Part shown: piece by piece, positions 47,263-59,484 of the stretch | Layout: every line of letters begins with the position of its first letter | Position numbering within the stretch: position 1 is the stretch's first letter | Assembly: GCA_032718475.1 (NCBI GenBank) | Contig: JAUCBJ010001661.1 | Span: 1 to 64,000, forward strand | DNA from: Nemertoderma westbladi | Lineage: Eukaryota > Animalia > Xenacoelomorpha | DNA length: 64,000 nt | Direction: 5' to 3' | Position numbers and translations under genes: made by a program | The notes under the pieces: model-generated | The model's database searches: none | The model's input: the letters and a program-made list of their open reading frames with translations, nothing else | What the model was told of the DNA's origin: nothing

Positions 47263-49425
47263 AGTTGAATGCCTACTGCTATATTACAGTCTAAGCAAGT
47301 CTAGTAATTCAGAATTAACTGCTAGCCTAGTAATTAATTACCGATACTGCTACTCAGTGTAGCGTGATATATATATAATATTAGTATACCGGTATGCTTA
47401 TGGTATATATAAGTATTATTACAGACTAGGTTTTTCACAAAATACCGGTATATAATCTTAGCACAAATATATATATATATAATAGGCCTATCGTGGATAC
47501 CGGTATGCAGTTTACACTTATAGTATATATAAGTATAATTATTAACTAGAATTAATTACAGAATACCGGTATGATTTCAGCACAAATATATAAATATATA
47601 ATAGGCCTATCGTAAATACCGGTATATAAATTATTTTAGAATAATTGAATTTCTGAATTTTAAGGGTTACTTGGTTACTTTAACTTACTTTATTACCGTT
47701 ATTTAAGCAGTAGTCCAACTGATATTGAGACCTAATTGTTATATGGCAGGCCTACTATTTATAAATCGTTTGAGTTGATTTATAATATATATATACCCGT
47801 TTAATGGGTTTTGTCAATGTTGAAATAAATGTTATTATTTCTGGGGGAGTCACTACACATAAGCTGTGCGCTCTTAGTGGAGTGCTACTTGTTAGACACC
47901 AAAACAAATAATTCTAATTTACCTAAGTTACTTAATACTACAAATTACGTATAATTCTGGTTGAGATTACAATCTCTAAATAAACACAAAAATTTAATTA
48001 CAAATACACAAATACAAATTTTTAGGGTAATTTTACAAGAAGTCTACTAACCAGCCTAACAAAGGGTTAGAATATCTGGTTATTACAACGGACAGGTTAC
48101 TACGGTATTTGAAAATAATAAGTAGTAGTAAATATACTGCATTGTCCAGATAGGAAAATACCACCGTCTGACGACCTATAACCGTATCGCTATAGGTACT
48201 ACGTTATGTATCACGGAGTGTTCCTACCTAGAGATTAATTACCGCGGTCTACCAGAACCAACGTGCCTATTAACCACTTTACAACACAAATACACTGCCT
48301 ACACACTAATCACCTTCGGAAAGCACTGTACACTAAACCCTAAATTAGGTACAAGTACTTGTATAACAAATAATTAGTAGTTAAAAATACTTGAACAGCT
48401 AAAAGAACCACGGTATCTGCCGGAGTGACCAAAGCACAAAATCTCCAGTCTTTACCTACGCCGAGCAGCCCTGATGTAGTACCGGGGTTAGTTTAACTAT
48501 AACGGTATGTATAACAAACACAATTACTATAGGAATAAACTTGGGGATATGAATGTTGCGAATAATAGCATAAACTCTGAATAATAAATATTACGCTACG
48601 CGTACAAACTACTCAAACAAAATGCAGACCAAATACTGACAGACTACTATCAAGCCTAAACAAACTACGGTATATGCAGACTCCGAAATGGTTAAGTAGT
48701 ATGCGTTCTAACCCAGTAGTACGACTTATTCTTTAGATGGGGGTTTACCTTACAGCTATGGCTGCCCCTACTTCCTAACCGTTCTTTATCGGACAGATGC
48801 TTTACACACACCGAAATTTCCTCAAACCCAACAGCAGCCAGACAACTATCCAGCCTACAAATTATCTAAATAAAATTATACGCTACCCGTACAGACTACA
48901 CAAACAAAGTACAGACCAAACGATGGCAGACTACTATCAAGCCTAAATAAACTACAGGACATGCAGACTCCGAAATGGTTAAGTAGTATGCGTTCTAACC
49001 CAGTAGTACGACTTATTCTTTAGATGGGGGTTTACCTTACAGCTATGGCTGCCCCTACTTCCTAACCGTTCTTTATCGGACATACACTCTACATGCACTG
49101 CATTCCGTTCAGACCTAATCAATAGTTAGCCAACAGTCAAGCCTACAAATTATCTGTACAATCTGAGCAGGCTTACACGCCTTCTGCTCAATACTGGCCT
49201 ACAAATAAATAAAACTGACAGAAATAGGCCTAAGTAAAATCCCAATAAAAACCAGGCGTCCCCGATTAATTATTTAGACCTACCGGCATATAATAATCAA
49301 ATCGAATAATACTGCTGTACCTGTACTACTGTAGGTACCGGTCCGGATGATCAGGCAGTCAGGCCTACTGGTTACCGGTCGACCGGTACTTTCGACTAGA
49401 CTGCTTACACCGCAATCTAGAAGCG

Positions 49426-49436
49426 ATATCTGTTAT
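49426..49436 (-). promoter_or_regulatory. Non-tRNA primer-binding site of element 2, complementary to LTR positions 50163-50173
   Basis: Minus strand ATAACAGATAT abuts the LTR end; exact 11-nt inverted match in the LTR. Confidence 0.75.
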
Positions 49437-50608
49437 TGTTTGCGCTTTTAAGACCTTTGACAGTTTAACCTGCCAAATTAGGATGTCTTTTGGATGATAT
49501 ATATTCTTTAGCTTATGACGAGTATTTGATACACTACATTAGCCGAAGCCAGTCTATGCGCAATCATTCACCCGTTGGATATACCCGGGAGACTGAGTTC
49601 GGAGCTTAATGATTGATGGTGTAAGCCTACTGTATTATTCGACTGATCGTAATATATAATCTCTGACTAATATTATTCACTTTCGGGAAATATTAACAGT
49701 TCCTTTAGGACGTGGCGCTCTAAATATATAAACAGAGTTATGGCTTAAACTAGACACAACGAAAAGGCTATAGATTTACGTATATGGCGCATTCTTTAGG
49801 AGATGCTTTGTTATCAGTTACGATCATACACAATGCTGCACAATACTGCACACTAATCTGCCGACCTTCACTAAATTTGGTCACGTATAAAGAGAGCAAC
49901 ATACAATTTATGTCGGGCATATGAAATAGCATTAGATTCACTTCAAACCACTTAACATAGGTCGCAATCGTTTATCTGTAACCGGTCTCTCTAACCTTTA
50001 GTATATCAAGAAGGTGGGGTGTCTGACTATTGATCAGTATTCCGATATAATATTTCATCAACCAATATAATGAATAACCGACAGTAAAAGCAGTAATATT
50101 AAGGTATAAATGATTATTAAGTGAATGAGTTAACTCGGTAACTCGCTTGTGCAAATCGTTTGATAACAGATATACGTTCTATAATTAAGCCTACTAATGT
50201 AAAGCTAAAGAATGCTGATATAAGGAGGTGCCAAAAGCCGATGTTCTTAGGCTCTGGGCAAAAACATACACACTGAACTACTGAGTTCTGTATCCACCTC
50301 CAACACAGAGATAAAAAACGCTCTGATTGGTCGACCGAACAACTAGAGAACAAAGAAACAAAGAAATGTCGACGTGGCAATATCAGCTGTTAGCCGTCGT
50401 CATGGTAGCGACACTGTTTTCAAGAGTATCTAGCTTATCGCGTCACGAGATTGCGGATTATGTCCTCTAAAGTACAAATACAGAAGAAATGACTTTTATG
50501 TCCTCTAAAACACCAGTACAGCAAGGACACGGCCTTTTTATGCCTGGTAAACCAACTACAGAGTACTTTAAGGGAAAATAACCGGTTAATGACGCAAAAG
50601 CTTTTACA
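49437..50608 (-). repeat. 5' LTR of element 2 (1172 bp)
   Basis: Direct repeat of 33243-34413. Confidence 0.96.
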
Positions 50609-51262
50609 CCCCCCCCCCCCCCCCCCCCCCCAAGGTACAAAAGTAAGACCCCTGGTACAAAAGTAAGACCCTGATAGGGAGTTGTGGCGGTGCAATTTTG
50701 TTGACAAGCCGGCACAGCATTCTTAAAAATGCAGCTGCAATGCAGCATGCCGATCCTAGTAGTAAGACCCCCTGGTACAAACGTAAGACCCCCTGGTACA
50801 AACGTAAGACCCCCAGGTACAAACGTAAGACCCACCCCAGGTGCAAACGTAAGACCTCCCAGGTACAAAAGTAAGACCCACCTGGAACAAAAGTATGACC
50901 CCCTCCACGTACAAAAGTAAGCCCCCCCCCCCCCCCCCCCCCCAATTACAAAAGTAAGACCCCCCTGGTACAAAAGTAAGACTCCACTGGAACAAAAGTA
51001 AGACCCCCTGGTACAAAAGTATCACCCATCCAGGTACAAAAGTAAAATCCCCTGGTACAAAAGTATGACCCCTCCAGGTACTAAAGTAAGACCCCCCTGG
51101 TACAAAAGTAAGACTCCCCTGGAACAAAAGTAAGACCCTCTACTACAAAAGTAAGACCCCTCCAGGTACTAAAGTAAGACCCCCTAGTACAAAAGTAAGA
51201 CCCCCCCCCCAGGTACAAAAGTAAGATCCCCCCAGGTACAAAAGTAAGACCACAAGGTACAA
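50609..51262. repeat. GGTACAAAAGTAAGACCCC minisatellite with poly-C tracts, right part
   Basis: About 25 degenerate units of 21-24 bp. Confidence 0.92.
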
Positions 51263-51384
51263 CTTGAGTGATGGTTACATGAACTGCATTACTGAATTAC
51301 AACACTATCCGAGGGACCTGGTGCAATACATATTAACGTGAGTTACATTAATTACATTACAATTTTCTATACAAGAATGATTCT

Positions 51385-51970
51385 ATTTAACCAATGTCAG
51401 ACGTTTTAAATTAACATTAAAAATCGATGTTAAAATTCAACGTCTGTTTAACGTTTGGGTTTAGTCATTTTTGTACATGATTAAATTTAACCAATGTCAG
51501 ACGTTGCAAAATAACGTTAAAAATTGATGTTAAAATTCAACGTCTGTTTAACGTTTGGGTTTAGTAATTTTTGTACATGATTAAATTTAACCAATGTCAG
51601 ACGTTTCAAAATAACGTTAAAAATTGATGTTAAAATTCAACGTCTGTTTAACGTTTGGGTTTAGTCACTTTTGTACATGATTAAATTTATTTAACCAATG
51701 TCAGACGTTTCAAAATAACGTTAAAAATTGATGTTAAAATTCAACGTCTGTTTAACGTTTGGGTTTAGTCACTTTTGTACATGATTAAATTTAACCAATG
51801 TCAGACGTTTCAAAATAACGTTAAAAATTGATGTTAAAATTCAACGTCTGTTTAACGTTTGGGTTTAGTCACTTTTGTACATGATTAAATTTAACCAATG
51901 TCAGACGTTTCAAAATAACGCTAAAAATCAAATGTTAAAATTGAACGTCAGTTTAACGTTTGGGTTTAGT
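51385..51970. repeat. 100-bp tandem repeat, ~6 copies, probably internal to a DNA-transposon remnant ending near 52118
   Basis: CCAATGTCAGACG recurs at 51391, 51491, 51591, ~51695, ~51795 and ~51895. Confidence 0.9.
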
Positions 51971-52239
51971 TGATTATAGACATGTAGTTTTAAACCGATT
52001 ATAAGACGATAGAAAACGTTTGTTCTAAGTTATTTTAATAACTTTATTTTTCTAACCTAAAACAGACTAAAGTCTAACGTTAGATTAGCGTAATTAACGT
52101 AAAATGTTTGCAGGGTACAACTACAGTGTAAACAGTAGGCCCTACTAACTACAGTAGGCCTAGGCCTAAATCAGTCTGCTGTCTCTGTTAACTAGGTAGG
52201 TTAGGTAGCTAACAGCTAACATAGCTAGCTGTATAGACT

Positions 52240-53109
52240 ATGCCGCGTTTATTCTCACTGATTGCTGTAGAACTCAGCCACCTAACAGTTGGTTTCGCAT
52301 CTCTACCTGTTTGTTTGGTGGTCCTCTGTTGGGTCGCATTCTCCGTTTCCTACATTGTAGCGGTCGGCAGCGACCACGTCTACTTCCTATGGCCGTACAT
52401 AAGCGATACAGGCACGCGTCCCCCGGAGAGCTGCATATTCGGTCAAATGATGAACATTGTCGCTCTGCTAGTCGCCTATTCCGTGTACATACGCTACCGT
52501 CAGTTTGTTTACATCTCAGTAACCAACAACGATGCGACAAGTCTACGTTTACCATTTTACTCAAAGGTTTACTTAACCTTTGGTTATTTATCAGCATTTG
52601 GTTTATCTTTAGTTGGTAACTTCCAAGAGACCGGAGTCCACGTAGTTCACTTCACCGGGGCCTGTTTGTGTTTCGGTTTCGGTATTGCTACGGCATTCTC
52701 CGACGCTGTCATCTCTTGTTCGCACATCGGCGTAGAACGCTCGCGTCGCAGTTTATTCATTCGTTTCGCTATTCCGACTTGCGCCGCTGTATTCTTCCTT
52801 TCTACTGTGGTCGCCGGCGCCACAGCATTGTACCAACGTAACTCCACTCCCCAGGGTAATCATGACTCGTCGCCTTGGAAATGGAATTCCAGCACTGTAG
52901 GCTTCAATGCGCATCTAGTTAGCACCTTCTCGGAATGGCTTCTGGCCTTTTCCTTTGCCGCGTATTTTATGACTTTGATTCCTGACTTTCAGGAAATCGG
53001 AATGGACGTTCGTTACCGTGGTAACGAATTCGAGGATTCAAATGTCCAAGAAAGAAGTTCGTTGTTAAACAGTGGTCATGCTACTAGACTCCCGTACGTG
53101 ATAACCTAG
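52240..53109 (+). CDS. DRAM: DRAM/TMEM150 (Frag1/DRAM/Sfk1 family) membrane protein, intronless, 289 aa
   Basis: PYISDTGT.PPESCIFGQMMNI, GLSLVGNFQET, VHFTGA, STFSEW motifs; six hydrophobic segments. Confidence 0.93.
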   Translation: MPRLFSLIAVELSHLTVGFASLPVCLVVLCWVAFSVSYIVAVGSDHVYFLWPYISDTGTRPPESCIFGQMMNIVALLVAYSVYIRYRQFVYISVTNNDATSLRLPFYSKVYLTFGYLSAFGLSLVGNFQETGVHVVHFTGACLCFGFGIATAFSDAVISCSHIGVERSRRSLFIRFAIPTCAAVFFLSTVVAGATALYQRNSTPQGNHDSSPWKWNSSTVGFNAHLVSTFSEWLLAFSFAAYFMTLIPDFQEIGMDVRYRGNEFEDSNVQERSSLLNSGHATRLPYVIT

Positions 53110-56100
53110 ACCCACCCTTCAGCCCAACCCACCCCAGACTAGTCGGTACACCCATTACCGTACATACACCCGCCCATTATAACATTATTCTTAGACTACG
53201 GTATGCCAGAACTTATTGTGTAAACAATTTGTTTGTCTGAACATATAGTTTTTTGGTGTTAATTAGCAGATGGTTTTGGTTTTTTGAAGATTTTTTTACA
53301 TTAAATTACATACAAACATTTGCTTTAAACACTAAATTCAATTTGATTTTAATTTTTTTTAATAGTACAAAGATTAACTATGATTATCTATGAAATGCGC
53401 GGTACAATATCGCATTTATAGTCAAATCAAAATGTTTCAATAAATTTGGGGAAAATATAAATCAATTACTGTATCGATAGTTTCGATATTTTTCAGAAAA
53501 AATATATGTTGTAATTTATTATTATTATTTATTATTCAATTTGTTTAATTTTTGATAAGTTTGAGAAGCAGTTATGCATAATTTTATAAAAAATGTTGGC
53601 ACGTACTCAACTCTATACCTCTTCTGGAATAATTAGTAACATTTTTTATCAATCAATATAAAATTAAAAGTGTTAGATCTATAATTATTATTGATATATT
53701 CAATATTTCGAACAGCACTGCTCTTGATACTGCTATTTGGGCGGAATATGTTTTTATATAATTTGGTTTCTGACCCAAAATTAAATAGTTTAGCTAATAA
53801 TACTCAGACTAAACTTAAGTGCCTTCCTTAACTCAAACAACTTGCCATCTTTATTTTATAGTTTATGTACTGTTTGTTGGGAAATTATCATTATTGGGGT
53901 ATTTTATACATAATTATATTAATTTGGTCTTTTATTCAATTATTTATCTTTATAATAATTACATAACATTATGTTGAATATAAGTAAAGTATATCAATGT
54001 ATATATATATTACTGTATTGGGTCTGGGTGTGCTAATTATCTGCATGCATTGGTGCTATTTTTATTCTGTGAAAATTATAATGAAGTTTTGATTAAATTC
54101 ATGTAGAAAGAATTCCGCCTTCATTTTTAATGACCAGTTAGGTTGTTGCTTTCTGTCGTCGGAACAGATAAGGGGACTTTCGACGCAATACAAATTCACC
54201 TCTTTCCAGGGGGAAATTCGACTCAAATAACAGCTGATTATTGCCAAAAATATAACTATTACCGGTTTATTGTTTTGGTTAGAATAACGCGCTACTGTAA
54301 CCTGCTCATTTCCCCAAATTGAGAATTTAACATTGAGGCGGGATATTAATTCGCAGAGATGGGATTTGCGTCACGTTTCCCCCCATCATGTCTCCGTTGG
54401 TATGGGTCGCTCTCCACTATTCCCCGTGTTTGAATACCAGAGGGTCCAGTCCAGGTTTGTTGGCTGTTACGTCATCATCGGAAGTCAAGTGGATTGTTGT
54501 GATCCACTGGCCGTCTGGTGTAGAAAATGTGATATTTTAATAAGGGAGAATATTATTAATTAAAATCAGAACATAATTTTATTAATTAATTAATATCAAA
54601 CTTGTTATTTTCCGAATTAAGTTAATAACATCTGATGACACGTAATTACAGTATGTGGGATATAAATTCATTATGCGGTAAAAAAAAATGCGCTTTAGGT
54701 CAATGGGTGCAAAGGTCAATATGGGTAGGCCTACAACGAGTCAAAAGGAACAAAACGAGTTAAACGTTACGAGTTAACGACGTTACGGGTTACAAGTTAA
54801 CGAGTATAAAACGTGACAAAGGGTACAAAACAGGGTGTCAAAGGGTATAGACAAAACGAGTCAAGGTGTACAACATCAAAGAAAGGGTACAACGAGACAA
54901 AGGGTACAAACCAGGCGGTTATTTAGTTCGTTTATTATTTTGGTTAGGGTTAGTTGGTCAGACCTCAACGATAATTAAAACTGTCATGTTACCCTAAGTC
55001 ATAATCTAATAAATTCCGCTAAATTTCTTAGATTATGACTTAGGATTACATGACAGTTTTAATTATTAATTAATATATTCATCTGTACATCATGACAGTT
55101 TTAATTAGGGTTGAGGCCGCAACTACTGTAACCAGCGAGTTTCATACAGTATAAAAATCGCAGTTGTTCACTGCTCGCAGTTGTGATCGCAGTTGTGACC
55201 TGTTGTACCGTTTTTTACATTTTTGTACTCTTTGACCTGTTAAGTTCTCTTTGACACGGAATAAAAAAAAATGTGTTGGTGGCATTTCTGACAACACCTA
55301 CAATCGGTAACAATATTTAGTCACAGTAAAACACCAGCAGGCCTACCGCAGTCAAGTATGATCACAAACAACGTGAATAATAGAAGATCGCTGTCTAAAC
55401 ATAATTCTGCTTAAATGTTTCGACTCAGCATATCGCCGGCAAGTCTCGGGGTAAAGCAGTCCAACGTCTTTTTTTAATATTAACAAATATTTTTTGTTCT
55501 AGAGCATTTTATGTTTTTTTTTATCGTAGGACATTGTTTTCAATATTTTCTCGCCTCGCGCTTATTAACCTCGCTGGGGCTCGGTAAATAAAATACCTCG
55601 AGAATAGTGACCAAAGTAATAAAATAATTATTATTCAGCAAAGAATGTAATATTTCATCTGAAATAAATATATACTGTATCTATAAGTGGAATGCCGAAG
55701 TTATTTTGAAAGCTCTTTTTAGGGTTATGTTAGGGTCTATTCACTAAGCCAGTGAGAATTCGCACACAGTTTTTTGTACAGTACATTGATAAACAATTTA
55801 AAATTTGTTCAGAGTTACAGAGAGTAGGCCTACAGTATTTCACTGAATTCATGTGTACTACGAATTTTTCTAAACTACACCATTGAAAGTAACCATGAGC
55901 AAACCCATCCAAATTATTGGATTGACGACCACCGATTGGGCACAGCTTTGCAAAGTCGGCAATGACGTCCAGGTTGGAAGTCTGACGCTCTTACCATTCA
56001 GCTAGCGGCTCAAGTAAAATATAGACCTGGAAGTACTATCTGATACCTTGTATGTCCGCAATTTACCTCCTCAGGGCCTCCCATCTGTCAATTCCATCAT

Positions 56101-56848
56101 ATGCTGCCACTGTGCTCAACCCTACAGTACTTGGCCGTCTTTAACCACTCGGCTACAATGAAAGGGTAGCGTATATTAATCATGAACCATCACGGCCACA
56201 ATGATTAATCATACACTCTAGCTACTAATTTAGGTAGGACAGTTACACCCATAGAGAATTGCGACCGGTATATTTTTATAATTTATATGGGTGAACGAGT
56301 GGTTTTTATAATACCTAATACCAATAATAAATTACACTTAGACTAGATGCTTACATAATGACTTTCCTTACCTTTGATTCTTTACACGGTATAACAAATA
56401 CCTATAACCTAAAAGTAATATTTTCAATTAATTACAATAAAATCTAACTTGATGTTTTATTTTAATTACCATAGATTATATAAATTATTAAATCATTTAA
56501 ACAGGTAATTTGTAGTTCAGCACTGTTATAGACACAGTTGGGATTAATTTTTAAACTGATAAAAAGAAAAACGATTTGAACTACAGTAAGTATGTGTACT
56601 GAGTATGTGTAACTTTGCACCAGTAGTATGTAAGATCAATGTAGGTCTAGCATCATAGCACAATACGGGTAGGGTAAGTACAGTAAGTATTCTATTCAAC
56701 CTAAAATAAGATGAGAAAGGCATTATCTTTACAGACATAACAAATTTACAAATAAATATGATGCAAACATTAATATCATTATAATTAAAATTGCACTAAT
56801 TCTGGATAGTAGGCCATTCAATTACGAATTATTCAGAATAGTCACGGT

Positions 56849-59484
56849 TCAGAGAGGCAGACAATTGCAGGTAACATCTGAAACTTCAACATCAGGTAGA
56901 GCACTACCAAAGAGCAAAAGTAGTTGTCGGTGACACCTGAACAAATAAAATAGTTTATTATGGAGTTGACGAACCCGATAAAAGCAATAAGTGAATTAGA
57001 TATAATAATAATTCAACACATTCAAGATTTATTACAAAAGTTATTCTAACATAAACGTCTCTTTCGTTAATCTCGGTGTGTGTGCTAGTCAGTTATGTCG
57101 CAAGGCCTAGAACTGTACAGTACAACGTACACTAAGAAACACTAAGAAGCACATGTGTTGCATTGGAAAATCAGACTGTAATGCATCCCGATTCTATTTA
57201 GTAGTGGGGGCCAATACACATATGGTCCTGGAATATAGTGTCGTAATTCAGTGACATGAACCCCTTCCCCCGATTTTTTTTTACAAATCTTAATTTGATT
57301 GCATACGCTACAAATACATGACGTATTACTAATATTGTTTATTATTTTATCAGGCGATCTATTACTGACCTAACTTCTATATCCTGGTAGTCTAACATTT
57401 CCCCGTCTACGTTCCATCGGGACAAATGTTTGTGTTTATATGATTCAGTTCCGCCTGCGTTGACGCCTCCTATTGGACGAATCATAGCCGCCTTGGTAGA
57501 TATGACATCAACAAATGGTAAATCCAAAGGACTCTATGGAAGAAATGTTATATTGTTAAAAATAAGAGATTCATATAGGCATACTGTAACTGTAGGCCTA
57601 TACTCACTGGTGTTGGGATGGCTAAGAGAGAGGATATATCATTATTTAGCTGTTTTTTTTGTACTGAGGTTTTGGTGGGTGGGTGTGTGTGTGTGTCGGA
57701 ATCCCCAAGATGTAGCCATAGTAAAATTATAATTGTTCGCTAAAATGGCTTGCCGCTTCTGGTGCACGAAGGCCCCACTCGTGTATTTCTTACCTCTCCA
57801 CATGCGAGAACGTGCCGCTGTAGAAACTTTTTAAAGTGTTTCTTAGATGTGGCGCGAACAAGAACTATTTGCATGTAACCATCGGCCGCGTGTGTAACAG
57901 CTGATAGACCTCGTGGAAGACTCTCGAAATGAACCAATGGTTGAGCAGTGAACATAATCTGGTAATATGAACCCTTTATTGTTTCGAAGTTAGAAGACGA
58001 AAGTTCCGCTACAAAAATTAAAAATGATATCATCACTATCCATATATTTTCCTCTATTAATTAATTATACAGTAATACATATGTTAAATACGGGTAATAT
58101 ATTATTTTATATTATATGTCAAATACGAGATAGTAATATATCAGTATATATAATAATTTTATTGGCAAAATATCGTGAGGGAGATACGTATTTTCTTTCA
58201 GTATTGAGTAGCAAGTTAGTATGAATTTGTGCTTTTTAAGTAATTAATTAAAATTAAATTTTTTTCAGGCGTTCGGCAAAGTAATAATAATTGCTGTACT
58301 TACCTGGCATTGACACTCGCCTTTGTTCTATTAACTCGGCTCGAATACCTCTGTCGTTGGAATTCTTGGAACTGACGCTAGATGTCGCTGAGCTCGCTTC
58401 CAGGATGGGCGTTTTATCGCTGGAATCGACGGCGGAGGATCGATCGGTCCGACCGGAGTCGGCTCGGAGTCGGAGCCGGGGATCCGTTCCTACTGGGTCC
58501 GAAACCCGCGAGAAGTCGAATATAACCGGAGAACAACGGACTTCCAACGGACGAGGGAACATTCGGTTGGACCGGCCATCCGGGGAGCCGTTGGAGGTCG
58601 GTTCCGTGACGGGACCGAGGTTGGTAGTCGCGAAAACGTCGTAGGGGCGGTCCGGGTTGCTAGGGGAACTCGGGAGACCAGAGGCGTGTCTCGTCGACTG
58701 AGATTTCCCATGTGGTGGGGCAGATTCATTCTATGAATAAAAAATGTAATTGTTCACAAAATAACAAAGAATACAAAAATAAAAGTTTTATTCGGCCGTC
58801 AGGCCTGGGATTACGCACAAAGTCTGACAACTTACTTCCAGTGCGGTCCCCCCAGCACTATACTCCCCGATGAAATTCCATACTCCTTTAGCTACCATTT
58901 AAGGATGCAAAGCGGGAGATGCGCCCTGGCTAGTCCCCTTAAAGCATTCGTGCCGAAACGAAAACCTCCCTGCCCCCCAACATATGCAGGGATGAACCCA
59001 CGACCTCCGGAAATATGTGAATTCAAGCCAAAGGATTAAACCACTACGCTAAGGTGCAACATAATGTAACAAATAATATTAATGTAAAATCAAATAAGTA
59101 TCTATCAAACGCTCGCGATAATAGTAACCGGCTTGTTTAATCAATGGGATCGCAGGGTAAAGCTGGGTTCTACACCATTAATAAACTTGCAAACTATAAT
59201 AAGAAATCAATTAATTAGCAATGATACAAGTCCATTGCTCAACTATTGGTGATCTTAGGTTTACTAATACACGACTTACCTTCTCATCTTCACGTAACCG
59301 ACTGTTTATCTTTCCGCTCGGATGTGTTTGAGACTCGGCAGTGGCTGGCCCATCGGTTTGTCGACGTTCGAATTCGGTGTAAATTTCTCTGGGGTGACAG
59401 ACGTTGCAACCGGTACGACAGGGGGATGTTGGAGGAATGATAGCCGTAGGATCACTGTAGCTCGAAATCTCGCAATCGTAGCAC
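56849..59484 (-). CDS. CERK: Ceramide kinase, 3' five exons (59280-59484, 58304-58730, 57794-58008, 57370-57533, 56849-56936); 5' part lies beyond the window
   Basis: CRTGCNVC (CERK CxxxCxxC motif), P.GLS..H..DG...I.LVR, WNVDGE, IEVRCHRQL..LFG; GT/AG sites with consistent phases 0, 1, 0, 2. Confidence 0.85.
58850..59060 (-). mobile_element. Possible tRNA-derived SINE remnant in a CERK intron
   Basis: Minus strand TAGCGTAGTGG (A box) ... GGTTCATCCC (B box-like) without a full cloverleaf. Confidence 0.4.

Larger units (their letters stand above)
33243..50608 (-). mobile_element. BEL/Pao LTR retrotransposon, element 2 (17.4 kb)
   Basis: LTRs 33243-34413 and 49437-50608 nearly identical; flanked by CCCCC on both sides (compatible with a 5-bp TSD in poly-C); same domain set as element 1. 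Confidence 0.97.

Noticed and set aside
50435-51127. Gly-rich GLTFVPG repeat ORFs
   Set aside because: Translation of the minisatellite and poly-C tracts
56095-56160. tRNA gene (minus strand GTAGCCGAGTGGTTAAAGACG)
   Set aside because: Only a D-arm/A-box-like piece; no complete cloverleaf, more likely a SINE relic
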